DNA from: an uncultured Acidobacteriota bacterium
GTDB lineage: Bacteria; Acidobacteriota; Vicinamibacteria; Vicinamibacterales; Fen-181
Direction: 5' to 3'
DNA: 64,000 nt
Assembly (NCBI GenBank): GCA_963784455.1
Contig: CAWARN010000029.1
Coordinates: 45,834 to 109,833, forward strand
Shown here piece after piece: positions 23,257 to 31,702 of this stretch; within the stretch, counting starts at the first letter, position 1; each line of letters begins with the position of its first letter. The notes under the pieces are model-generated. The model was not told the origin of the DNA. It did not search any database and saw nothing but the letters and a program-made list of their open reading frames with translations. Both the position numbers and the translations under genes were made by a program.

Positions 23257-24486
23257 GTGACCGTGTCCGGTGTCAGACGAATCCTGCGGCGGCTGGGCTG
23301 GACGATGCTCGTGCTGGTCGTCTTCGTCGCGGTCGTGGTCGTCGCCACGGCACTGACCGCCCCGGGACGCGACGGGCTGCCGGGCGCGGCGCGAAGGGCG
23401 CGTGAGTGGGAAGGGCAACCGCCGCTGCGGGACCTGGCCGACCGGATCGGCGTGCGGTTCGGGGCCGCCGTCATGGCGAGCGACCTGCGCAACGACCCCC
23501 AGTACGGGCCAGTGCTGGCCCGCGAGTTCAACTCGCTCACGCCGTTCGTCGAGATGAAGTGGGGCACGATCCACCCGGAACCCCGCCGCTACGACTTCGC
23601 GCGGGCCGACGAGCTCGTCGGCTTCGCGACCGCGCACCACATGCGGGTGCGGGGACATACGCTGGTCTACGGGCACGTCGTGGACCCGCCCAACCCGACC
23701 TACCTGTCGGAGACGAAGGATCCAGTGGCACTGCGCGCGATGATGGCCGATCACATCCGCACCGTGGCCGGGCGGTACCGGGGCCGCGTGAGCGCCTGGG
23801 ACGTCGTCAACGAACCCCTGCGGCCCTTCGGCGATCCCGCGAAGGGCAGCGGGCTTTCCGCCAACGTCTTTACGGACATCCTTGGGCCGGGGTACATCGC
23901 CGAGGCGCTGCGTCTCGCGCGCGAGGCGGACCCGGGCGCGCAGCTGTTCATCAACGACTTCGGGGTGCTGGAGGCAGGCTCCAAACAGGACCGGTACTTC
24001 CGTCTCGTCAAGGAGCTGCGTGAAGCGGGCGCTCCGCTCGACGCCGTCGGATTCCAGGCACACATGGTGCCGCTGCTTGGCCGACCGACCTCCGGCGAGG
24101 AGATCACCTCGACGCTGCGGCGCTTCGCGGCGCTCGGCGTTCAGGTCGAGATCACGGAACTGAACGTCTTCACACGGACGCGCCAGCACCTGCTGACTCT
24201 CGGCTTCACGTACGACGAAGCGACGGAGTTGCAGCGGCAAGCCGACGTCTACGCCACGGTGACGCGCGCCTGCCTGTCCGTGCCGGCGTGCCAGGGTGTG
24301 ACGGTGTGGACCTTCACCGACCGCTATCAGACCACCATTGAGAACCTCACGCACATCGACGACATCCCGCTCATCTTCGACCGCGACTGCAACCCCAAGC
24401 CGGCGGCATTCGCGCTGCGCGAGGCGCTGACGCGCGCGGAGCGCCGCTCCAGCGCGGGCACATCGTCTCCGGACGACCGGCGATAG
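23257..24486 (+). CDS. GH10 endo-1,4-beta-xylanase with N-terminal membrane anchor
   Basis: EMKW, RGHTLV, WDVVNE acid/base, LFINDF, GFQAH, ITELNV nucleophile, PKPA. Confidence 0.92.
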   Translation: MTVSGVRRILRRLGWTMLVLVVFVAVVVVATALTAPGRDGLPGAARRAREWEGQPPLRDLADRIGVRFGAAVMASDLRNDPQYGPVLAREFNSLTPFVEMKWGTIHPEPRRYDFARADELVGFATAHHMRVRGHTLVYGHVVDPPNPTYLSETKDPVALRAMMADHIRTVAGRYRGRVSAWDVVNEPLRPFGDPAKGSGLSANVFTDILGPGYIAEALRLAREADPGAQLFINDFGVLEAGSKQDRYFRLVKELREAGAPLDAVGFQAHMVPLLGRPTSGEEITSTLRRFAALGVQVEITELNVFTRTRQHLLTLGFTYDEATELQRQADVYATVTRACLSVPACQGVTVWTFTDRYQTTIENLTHIDDIPLIFDRDCNPKPAAFALREALTRAERRSSAGTSSPDDRR

Positions 24487-24621
24487 GGACATCGCCTCAC
24501 ATCGGCGATCCCTTTCGGACCGGATCCGCGGAAGCAAGCGGTTCGAGGCAGAGGACCTCGGGCAAAAGCTCTTCGACGTCGTGTATAATCGCGAGCCGAA
24601 ACGCAGCCCAGGAGACTTCGC

Positions 24622-25854
24622 ATGAAATCTGACGTCTCGCGTCGCGACTTTCTGGCGGCAGGCCTGATCCTTCCAGCGGTCGGTGTTCGCGGCTCCAAGG
24701 ACCGGGCACTTCCAGCCCCAGGCGGCCAAGCGAAACCCGAACCCGTCAAGCTGACCTACCGCACGTTGGGAAAGACGGGTCTCAAGGTCACCTCGCTCGC
24801 GTTCGGCTGCATGACGACACCAGAACCGGCCGTGATCACGCGCGCGGCGGACATCGGCATCAACCACTTCGACACCGCTCGCGCCTATCAGAACGGCAAC
24901 AACGAGCGAATGGTCGGCGCCGCTCTCAAGGACGTGCGCAAGAAGGTGATCATCTCGAGCAAGAGCGGGGCCCAGACCAAGGCGCAGCTCCTGGCCGATC
25001 TCGACACGAGCCTGAAGGAGCTGGGGACCGACTACCTCGACATCTGGTACCTCCACATGAAAAACGAGCCGGAGCAGGTGAAGGAGGAACTGCTCGAGGC
25101 GCAGCGGGTAGCCAAGCAGAGCGGGAAGATCCGCTTCGCCGGAGTCAGCACCCACTTCAACATGGACCGAGTGCTCGAGTACCTGGCGAAGCTGGGCCAG
25201 ACAGACGTCGCGCTGACCACCTACAACTTCGCCATGCGATCGGTGGACGCTGGCATGAACACGAATCCCGACGCGCCGAAGACCGACATGACGGCGGCGA
25301 TCCGGTCGGCGCGAAAAGCCGGCCTGGGGATCGTGGCGATGAAGACCATGGCCGGCGGCGTCAGCCGCGTCGGTCGGGGAGACCGGCTCTACGGGGCCAA
25401 CCCGCGAGAGTTGAGCAGCCGTCTCAGCCAACCCGGCGTTCCGGCGGCCGCGATCAAGTGGGCCCTCAAGAACGACTCGGTCGACACCGCCATCGTCTGC
25501 ATGACCGACTTCGATCAGCTGGACGAGAACCTCCGGGCGATGGCAGAGCCGTACACGCAGAAGGATGAGCTGTTGCTCTCAAACCAGCTTGCCAGCATCA
25601 GCTCTTCCTACTGCCGGATGTGCGGGTCCTGCGGAGGCGCGTGCGAGAGAGGCGTTCCGGTCCCCGACGTGCTTCGGTTCCTGACCTATGCGGAGGGCTA
25701 CGGCCAGTTCGCTCTCGCTCGCGAACGGTTCCTGGAAATGTCGCAGCCGGCCAGAGACGCGCGATGCGGCGACTGTGCCTCCTGTTCCTTCAGATGCGCC
25801 CATGGCGTGGCGGTTCGTGACAATCTGATGCGCGCACAGGAGACCCTCGCGTAG
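24622..25854 (+). CDS. Aldo/keto reductase with Tat-like signal and C-terminal Fe-S motif
   Basis: SRRDFL, YRTLGKTG, FDTARAY, LGTDYLD, C-terminal CRMCGSCGGAC and CGDCASC...C. Confidence 0.9.
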   Translation: MKSDVSRRDFLAAGLILPAVGVRGSKDRALPAPGGQAKPEPVKLTYRTLGKTGLKVTSLAFGCMTTPEPAVITRAADIGINHFDTARAYQNGNNERMVGAALKDVRKKVIISSKSGAQTKAQLLADLDTSLKELGTDYLDIWYLHMKNEPEQVKEELLEAQRVAKQSGKIRFAGVSTHFNMDRVLEYLAKLGQTDVALTTYNFAMRSVDAGMNTNPDAPKTDMTAAIRSARKAGLGIVAMKTMAGGVSRVGRGDRLYGANPRELSSRLSQPGVPAAAIKWALKNDSVDTAIVCMTDFDQLDENLRAMAEPYTQKDELLLSNQLASISSSYCRMCGSCGGACERGVPVPDVLRFLTYAEGYGQFALARERFLEMSQPARDARCGDCASCSFRCAHGVAVRDNLMRAQETLA

Positions 25855-25924
25855 CCGGCGGCGCCTTGACCGAAGGTGGCGCGGCTTCTGCCGCCCGGCG
25901 CCTCTCACCGCTGCGCCCGCCGAT

Positions 25925-25943
25925 AATCACTCCCGGAGTGATT
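25925..25943. repeat. Palindrome AATCACTCC-C-GGAGTGATT (copy 1)
   Basis: Perfect inverted repeat; related copies at 27029-27057 and 29393-29411. Confidence 0.8.
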
Positions 25944-26108
25944 TTCCGCCCCGCGAAAAGCAGCCGACGCGCGCCTGCGCGGGGAGGAACATCGGCGGCC
26001 GCGGACGGACCTCGCGTTCACAATCGCCAGTTGTCTGGTATCCAGCGATTCAACGCGCGAATGGCGGGCCCGGATGGCGCGCGTGTCAGGATTCGGTATG
26101 GTGGGGCA

Positions 26109-26540
26109 TCAGGCGCCTGTGCCGGAAGGCCCGAAGGGATTCATCACGCGGACGCCTCCGAAGTCGGAGCCGTCGGCGAGGTCCTCCGACAACACCGTCC
26201 GGCATCCCGTCATCCGGGCGGCCTCGATGATCGCCGCGTCCCAGTACGAGATCCGATAGCGCGCACCAGTCTCGACCGCGCTTCGCATCAGCGGCACGGT
26301 GATGTCCTGGACTTGGAATCGCAGCCAGGATTCGAGCAGTGCCGAAGCCTGGCCTCGCGCGAGGGGATCACGACGCCCGGCCCGCGTCGCCTGGACGTAG
26401 AACTCCTGCAGCACCTGAACGGAGAGCGCAAGGTCGGTGCGGTTGAGGATCGCGCGGGCGGCCAGGGCCTTCGCGTGTTCCTCCGGCACGGTGCTCACCG
26501 CGTACAGCAGCACGTTCGTGTCAACGAAGGTCACGGGCAT
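26109..26540 (-). CDS. vapC: PIN-domain (VapC) toxin
   Basis: FVDTNVLLY, QVLQEF, ISYWDAAIIEAA, LSEDL, VMNPF. Confidence 0.92.
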   Translation of the reverse strand: MPVTFVDTNVLLYAVSTVPEEHAKALAARAILNRTDLALSVQVLQEFYVQATRAGRRDPLARGQASALLESWLRFQVQDITVPLMRSAVETGARYRISYWDAAIIEAARMTGCRTVLSEDLADGSDFGGVRVMNPFGPSGTGA

Positions 26541-26760
26541 GCACCTCGTCGCGCGTCAGGCGATCACCCGCGCTGAAGCGTCCGATCGATGCGAGCACTT
26601 CGTCCTGAAGACGCCGGCGCCGCTCGAATTCGGTCTCCTCGGTTCCGACGTCGAGCAGCAGCCGTCTGACCAGGCCGCTCACTGAGGTGTTCTCCTCGGC
26701 GGCCCTCACTCTGACACGTCGGTACACATCGTCTGGCAGTGATACGGTGACATTGGCCAC
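26521..26760 (-). CDS. Ribbon-helix-helix antitoxin
   Basis: ANVTVSLPDDVYRRVRVRAAEENTSVSGLVRRLL...LTRDEVH; overlaps the toxin start. Confidence 0.85.
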   Translation of the reverse strand: MANVTVSLPDDVYRRVRVRAAEENTSVSGLVRRLLLDVGTEETEFERRRRLQDEVLASIGRFSAGDRLTRDEVHARDLR

Positions 26761-26830
26761 GTACACACGTTATCACAGTGGGTGCGAGGAATCAAAGGCC
26801 GAGGTGGCTGGCCATCGCCGTTTCCGCGCT

Positions 26831-27028
26831 TCAGCGGTCGCGGGGCCACCGTGAGGGATTACCCCTCATCGCCAGGACTCCGAAGTGGCGCAGAGGTCGA
26901 GCGCGGCAATGGCTTCTGCCCTGAACCGCTCTGCCACGGCGACGACGATCCCGTCGGCCAGACCGAGCGGGAGACCGTCGTATCGGCGCGCCAGATCGTG
27001 CGTGCGTCGAGATTCCGTCGAGGTGAAG
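26831..27028 (-). pseudogene. C-terminal fragment of a PIN/VapC toxin
   Basis: Stitched frames give RRTHDLARRYDGLPLGLADGIVVAVAERFRAEAIAALDL-RHFGVLAM...PRDR*. No start codon; begins at the 27029 palindrome. Confidence 0.65.
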
Positions 27029-27057
27029 GCCGAAATCACTCAGGGAGTGATTTCGGC
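27029..27057. repeat. Palindrome GCCGAAATCACTC-AGG-GAGTGATTTCGGC (copy 2)
   Basis: 13-bp perfect arms. Confidence 0.85.
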
Positions 27058-27077
27058 GCCCGAGGACGATGTCAGCG

Positions 27078-27257
27078 CTACGCGCCGCCCAACCCGCTGG
27101 CGTGCGGCCGGGTGAGCACACGGCACCACCCCCAAATCGTGCAGAAGATGAGGAATCCGAGGACGGCGTTGAAGCCCGTCAGCGTGGCGGTGACCGCGCC
27201 AAGGGCCGACAGCTGCATGTCAAGGAACGCCTGAGCGATTTCCAGGGTCAGCGGCAT
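27078..27257 (-). CDS. Small hydrophobic hypothetical protein (59 aa)
   Basis: GAGGAG RBS 6 nt before the ATG. Hydrophobic stretch ALGAVTATLTGFNAVLGFLIFCTIWGW. Confidence 0.45.
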   Translation of the reverse strand: MPLTLEIAQAFLDMQLSALGAVTATLTGFNAVLGFLIFCTIWGWCRVLTRPHASGLGGA

Positions 27258-27591
27258 GGCACGCTCCTCGAAATCGAAGGTCCGGCCGTCTGGTGAAGTG
27301 GCCGCAGTATCGCATGGATCCGTCGTCGCGCGATGTGGTTTCTGCCTGGAGGCGGTCAAGAACGGCCGGCGCGTCGGCGGCGCCGTCGAGACGCTCAACC
27401 ATTCGCTGACTCGCAAGGCGCCGATGAGATCCACACCACGGGCTTCGGCGCATGGACCGCTGGCTGTCAGGATGCCACGCCGATGATGCGCCGGGAGGGG
27501 AGCGGGGTGTGTGTGGATTGCGTCAGGGAGGGCGAGCCGGGCGCACCCTGGTCTCATTACCCGTCGTGCCGCCGCTGCTATAATCGCCGGC

Positions 27592-27858
27592 GTGGTGGAG
27601 ACTCCGCTCAGCCTCGACACGTCAACGGACGTCGAGCGCAGACAGGTCGAATCGTGGCGGCAGATGTCGCCGGCGCAGAAGGCCGCGCTGGTGACGGGCC
27701 TGACGCGCGCGGCCTGGGAGATGACCTCCGCCGGCGTGAGGCAGCGCCATCCCGACGCGACGCCCCGCGAGCACTTCCTGCGCGTGGCCGTCATCGTGCT
27801 TGGGCCGGACCTGGCGCGCCTGGCCTACCCGGATGCGGCTGGGGTGATCTCCGAGTGA
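27592..27858 (+). CDS. Small helical putative antitoxin of a nucleotidyltransferase toxin
   Basis: DTSTDVERRQVESWRQMSPAQK...GVRQRHP; GTGA overlap with the NTase gene. TGCTATAAT ends 7 nt upstream. Confidence 0.7.
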   Translation: MVETPLSLDTSTDVERRQVESWRQMSPAQKAALVTGLTRAAWEMTSAGVRQRHPDATPREHFLRVAVIVLGPDLARLAYPDAAGVISE

Positions 27859-28436
27859 CTGCGGCCATCGATCCGATCGAGACGGCGCTCCTCGTCGTGC
27901 GCCAGCTGGACGCGCTGCACATCCCCCACACGATCGGAGGCTCGATCGCCAGTTCGTTCGCCGGGGAGCCCCGCTCGACCATCGACATCGACATCGTCGT
28001 TGCGCTCGAAGAGCGGCACGTCGACGCGCTGGTCGCAGCCTTGTCCGCGGAGTTCTACATCGAGGCCGATGCGCTCCGCCGTGCAATCCGGACGCGCTCG
28101 AGCGCCAACCTGATTCACCAGGCGACGCAGTTGAAGGTGGACCTGTTCGTGGCAGGCGGCACGCCGCTCGACGCCCGACAACTCGCCCGCCGGATGCCCG
28201 TGGATCTCGGCGAGGGCCGCCGCCTCCACGTGCACCCGCCCGAGGACATCCTGCTTCAGAAGCTGCGCTGGTATCGGCTCGGCGGCGAGGTGTCTGACCG
28301 CCAGTGGCGGGACGTCGCTGCGATCGTCCGCGTTCAGGGCGCGAGACTGGACCGAGAATACCTGCGCGACGGCGCAGGCATTCTCGGCGTTTCCGATCTG
28401 CTCGAACGCGCGCTCGGCGGCGCGTCGGAAGAATAG
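27855..28436 (+). CDS. Nucleotidyltransferase toxin-like protein (MenT/AbiEii-like superfamily)
   Basis: IGGSIAS...GEPRSTIDIDIVV (GG..DxD), KVDLF, PEDILLQKLRW, RQWRDV. Confidence 0.8.
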   Translation: MTAAIDPIETALLVVRQLDALHIPHTIGGSIASSFAGEPRSTIDIDIVVALEERHVDALVAALSAEFYIEADALRRAIRTRSSANLIHQATQLKVDLFVAGGTPLDARQLARRMPVDLGEGRRLHVHPPEDILLQKLRWYRLGGEVSDRQWRDVAAIVRVQGARLDREYLRDGAGILGVSDLLERALGGASEE

Positions 28437-28458
28437 CTGGTCGCCCACCTCGCACCAA

Positions 28459-28571
28459 TCACTTGGCCGGCTTGGTCCTGCCGGCCGACAGCAAGTTGTT
28501 CCACGCCCAGATCTCGGTGACCGCCGGGTAAGCCCCGAGAAGCCGGGGCGTGCCCATCGGGCGATGGTGAA
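28459..28571 (-). pseudogene. C-terminal remnant of a TolB/PD40 propeller protein
   Basis: Stitched F-T-I..PDG..RLLGAYPAVTEIWAWNNLLSAGRTKPAK* resembles the tails of the propeller proteins in this window (HPDGRR...EIVAIRNLL / EVWVMENFL). Confidence 0.5.
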
Positions 28572-28668
28572 TGCCCATCGGTCCGGGCCTTCCTCGCAGA
28601 GCGCGGTGAGCGCCCGATGATGCCGGTCCGACTTGTCGATGAGGGCCACAACGGTCCGGGTGTCGTCG
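28572..28668 (-). pseudogene. N-terminal fragment of a PIN/VapC toxin
   Basis: DTRTVVALIDKSDRHHRALTALCEEGPDRW matches the D-T-x-x-x-x-A-L-x-D-x-x-D-x-x-H start of VapC proteins. Confidence 0.55.
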
Positions 28669-28674
28669 TCGAAG

Positions 28675-29154
28675 CTACTTCAGGCGTCGCTTCTCGTGCT
28701 CGACGGCAGCCAGCACTTCGATGTCCGCCTCGTCCGCCGGCCGACCGGTCCTCTTCGATGCGATCAACTGATCGCGCCCGAGGTACGGGATGCGGATGCC
28801 CTGGATCCGGCGTACGACCCGGGTGACCCAGGCTCGTTCGAAGCTGACCGTCCAGGCGACAGTCAGGATGTCTACGCGGGGATCGTCTCCGACGATGGTG
28901 ATCGGATTGCGCACGATGTCGGAGGCGTTGAGTTCGCGCGCGACTCCGTAGGGAAGTTCTTCCAGCGCGGCCAGCACGCGTCGCATGTTCGCTTCGTCGC
29001 GCGGCACCAGGATGTCGACATCCTTGGTGGCGCGCACCGACCCGTGCAGGTTGGCCGCCACGCCGCCCGCAATGACATAGCGCGCCCGGTGCCGGTTCAG
29101 CAACCGGCAGACCCGCACGACGCGATTATCGGTACCAGGGGTTTGTCTGGGCAC
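28675..29154 (-). CDS. Nucleotidyltransferase toxin-like protein (DUF6036-like)
   Basis: YVIAGGVAANLHGSVRATKDVDIL, RVDIL, LIASKRTGRPADEADIEVL. Confidence 0.82.
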   Translation of the reverse strand: MPRQTPGTDNRVVRVCRLLNRHRARYVIAGGVAANLHGSVRATKDVDILVPRDEANMRRVLAALEELPYGVARELNASDIVRNPITIVGDDPRVDILTVAWTVSFERAWVTRVVRRIQGIRIPYLGRDQLIASKRTGRPADEADIEVLAAVEHEKRRLK

Positions 29155-29323
29155 GTCTCCACCGCTCGTAGTCGGCGAAGGTTCGGAACGACCGGGCGAA
29201 CGGCCGGAACCGGTGGGGGGTGATCGCGCGGAAATCCGCGAACAGGCGCTCCGCCTCCTCGAGGCGGGCCGCGGCGCCTCGGGCAGGTTTCGGTGCCGGT
29301 CGCGTCGCCAGCCCGCGCGTCAT
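29126..29323 (-). CDS. Small putative antitoxin/partner of the NTase
   Basis: 65 aa ending RSFRTFADYERWRRAQTNPWYR; overlaps the NTase start. TATAAT ends 7 nt upstream of the ATG. Confidence 0.6.
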   Translation of the reverse strand: MTRGLATRPAPKPARGAAARLEEAERLFADFRAITPHRFRPFARSFRTFADYERWRRAQTNPWYR

Positions 29324-29392
29324 CGGCGTGATTATACCGCGCGCGCGTCACCCCCTTCATCCGTCGTCATCGCGGCGACTGACTGGACCCGG

Positions 29393-29411
29393 AAACTCCG
29401 GGAGTGATTTT
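29393..29411. repeat. Degenerate third copy of the ACTC..GAGTGATTT palindrome
   Basis: AAACTCCGGGAGTGATTTT. Confidence 0.6.
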
Positions 29412-29476
29412 GGGAGACGGCCTCGGCAAACAGCGGGCCCGGCTGGATGGGTGCAGCCGGACCCGCCGCCCCGGGG

Positions 29477-31582
29477 CTACCGCACAGGCTTCTGCGATGT
29501 GAGCAGGTTTCTGATGGCGACGATCTCGTCGTGTACGTCAGGCCCGTCGACGTACGCGACACGACGTCCATCCGGATGTACTGCGAACCCCCAGGCACGA
29601 CCGCCACATCGCAGCCCCGTCGGTCGGGCCGGCCCGCCAGCGACCGGTACCCAGAGGAACTCCCCGTTGCCATCCGTTCCGGCGTCGATGAGCATCACGT
29701 GCCGGCCGTCGGCGCCCCATCCCACGCCCGACGACTTCGCGAACACCTCGCGAGCCTCGCCCCCTTCTGCCGAAATGACTTTCACCACTCCCTTGCCATT
29801 CGCCCGAGTCTCGCTGAAAGCAACCAGGCGATCGTCAGGCGACACGGCGATGGATGAAAGAGCGCGGGCCGGAGAGGTTGTGCGGTAGAGCTCGCGCTTC
29901 TGGCCAGTCTGAACGTCCTGTCGAATGAGGTGTAGCGTGAACCAGCCGCCGCTGTTCGCCGCATCGTCGTCGTCCACGGAGTAGTAGGCGCTCTTGCCAT
30001 CGTGCGACAGTCCGACGCTCGTTGCCGAGAGGTTGTCTCGTTTGAAGTCCAGCCCGGGGATCGACTCCTGGCGGCCGCTCGTCACGTCGATGCGCTTGTT
30101 GCCGACCAGCAGGGACTGCCCGCCGGGGAACCAGCCGGCCCTTGAGGGACTGAACTTGGTCGAAACCAGGTCGCGATCCTCCCCGGTCTTCAGGTCGTGC
30201 ACGACCAGCGTGGTGGTCTCCGAGTTCAGGATCGAGTTGTACGCCACCCACCGCCCGTCGAGGGACCACGAGACCGCCCCCGCCGCCATGCCAACGTGCG
30301 TCTGGTTGACCCGCTTCGGCTCGACGACCACCTTGCCTCCGCCCGGGTCGACCTCGGCCAGAAGGACATCCGCGGCGAAGACGGGCCGAAGGCCGTAGAG
30401 CGTTCCGTCGCGGGCGAAGCCGAGCAGCCCGAAGCTGTCGCCATCTGCCCTCACCTTCAGGCGCTCAGGTTCACCCTGTGGCTTGCCGTTCACCACCGCG
30501 ACGGCCCACACGGCGGCGACTCCGGACCGGGTGCTGAGAAAGACGATGCGTTTCCCGTCCGCCGTCCAGGCCGGGCTCCAATCTGCCTCGGACGCCGCGC
30601 CCTGCACGAGAGGAGCTTCGGTGTCTCCGGCGGCCGGCATGATGTGAAGAGTCCCCCTGTAGCCGAGGACGGGTTTGCCGTCGGCGCCCGTTCGCGCCGC
30701 GGGATGCACGATGTAACGGCCATCCGGCGAGAATCGCGGCTGACTAGAACCATCGTTGCCGGCGCCGACGCCACCGCCAGCCTTCAGGACCTTTACCGAT
30801 CCGTCGGCCACGGAGACGAGGACCATGTCCCAATCCGAATTCCCCCCCACCCTCTTCCACGTCCTGGCAAGGATGTACTTGCCGTCCGGCGACCAATCGT
30901 CGATCCGGTTGGCCGGTCCTTCTCCGCGCCAGATGGTCCGCATCGACCCGTCGCCGACCTGGATCACGCGGATTTCGGACCTTCCCGTGCCGTCAGCCAT
31001 CCACCCGCATGCGACCTGCCGTATGTCAGGCGCCACGACGACAGTCGCGCAGTTGGTGTTCTCCGCCACCGTCCGCTCCTGGCCCGTGGCGAGATCGAGC
31101 AGGTAAACCCGGAGGAGGTCCTTCATCGGAGCGGCGACCGCCACGAGGCGTCCGTCGGCCGTCACGCGGCTCACCCACGTGTAGTTGCTCGGCGGAAACG
31201 TCCACACGTGACGCTCGACCAGCCCGGTCTCGACCGGGGCGGCGGCACCGCGAGCGCCCAGGCGCTTGCGCGCCTCGGCGACGACGTCCTTCTGGTCGGG
31301 GAACTGCGCCACGATGCGTTCGTACGCCTTGCGCGACTCCGCGTCCCCGAGCCTCTCGTAGCACTGCCCCATGCGCAGCAACGCCTTGGCCGCCACGACG
31401 CGGTTGGAACTTGCCGCGAGCGGCTTGTACAGTTCGATCGCGGCTTTCAGATCGCCCTCGACCGTCTCCTTGTTGATGGCCGCCTGCAGCCTGGCTTCCG
31501 GGCTGGCATTCTGCTGCCTCGCCGCGAGCGGCAGCGTCGCGGCGACGGTCAGCGCCAGGATGAAGATCGCTCTCGTTCGCAT
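29477..31582 (-). CDS. Secreted TPR + TolB/PD40 beta-propeller protein (module 1)
   Basis: Signal peptide MRTRAIFILALTVAATLPLAA. TPR-like LQAAINKETVEGDLKAAIELY...ALLRMGQCYERLG. Many WSPDG/FSPDG/WTADG repeats. GGAGG RBS. Confidence 0.85.
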   Translation of the reverse strand: MRTRAIFILALTVAATLPLAARQQNASPEARLQAAINKETVEGDLKAAIELYKPLAASSNRVVAAKALLRMGQCYERLGDAESRKAYERIVAQFPDQKDVVAEARKRLGARGAAAPVETGLVERHVWTFPPSNYTWVSRVTADGRLVAVAAPMKDLLRVYLLDLATGQERTVAENTNCATVVVAPDIRQVACGWMADGTGRSEIRVIQVGDGSMRTIWRGEGPANRIDDWSPDGKYILARTWKRVGGNSDWDMVLVSVADGSVKVLKAGGGVGAGNDGSSQPRFSPDGRYIVHPAARTGADGKPVLGYRGTLHIMPAAGDTEAPLVQGAASEADWSPAWTADGKRIVFLSTRSGVAAVWAVAVVNGKPQGEPERLKVRADGDSFGLLGFARDGTLYGLRPVFAADVLLAEVDPGGGKVVVEPKRVNQTHVGMAAGAVSWSLDGRWVAYNSILNSETTTLVVHDLKTGEDRDLVSTKFSPSRAGWFPGGQSLLVGNKRIDVTSGRQESIPGLDFKRDNLSATSVGLSHDGKSAYYSVDDDDAANSGGWFTLHLIRQDVQTGQKRELYRTTSPARALSSIAVSPDDRLVAFSETRANGKGVVKVISAEGGEAREVFAKSSGVGWGADGRHVMLIDAGTDGNGEFLWVPVAGGPARPTGLRCGGRAWGFAVHPDGRRVAYVDGPDVHDEIVAIRNLLTSQKPVR

Positions 31583-31601
31583 CTCATTCACCTCCGCTAT
31601 C

Positions 31602-31655
31602 AAGATAGCGAGGGGATGTCTGGCGGCATTCGGCGCCCGGTCAGATCTCCGTCAG
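31602..31655 (-). promoter_or_regulatory. Putative OmpR-type tandem binding site and -10 element (module 1 propeller gene)
   Basis: Top-strand GTCAGATCT at 31640 and 31651 (11-bp period). TATCTT -10-like hexamer at 31602-31607. Confidence 0.7.
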
Positions 31656-31672
31656 ATCTTCCGAGCGGGCAA

Positions 31673-31691
31673 GGCTGAAGCCCCGCCCTAC
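31673..31691 (-). repeat. REP palindrome (partial)
   Basis: GGCTGAAGCCCCGCCCTAC is the reverse complement of GTAGGGCGGGGCTTCAGCC. Confidence 0.65.
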
Positions 31692-31702
31692 GGGGCGCTG
31701 CG

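Noticed and set aside
6597-25431. Long antisense or alternative-frame ORFs (e.g. 6597-8864, 14835-16865, 23248-25431)
   Set aside because: Shadow ORFs expected from high GC3 codon bias. They are Arg/Pro/Gly-rich, lack motifs, and lie opposite well-supported genes.
26002-26060. Bulged hairpin as an integron attC site
   Set aside because: The GTT/AAC orientation is the reverse of attC (needs 5' RYYYAAC ... GTTRRRY 3'). Single copy and no integron integrase.
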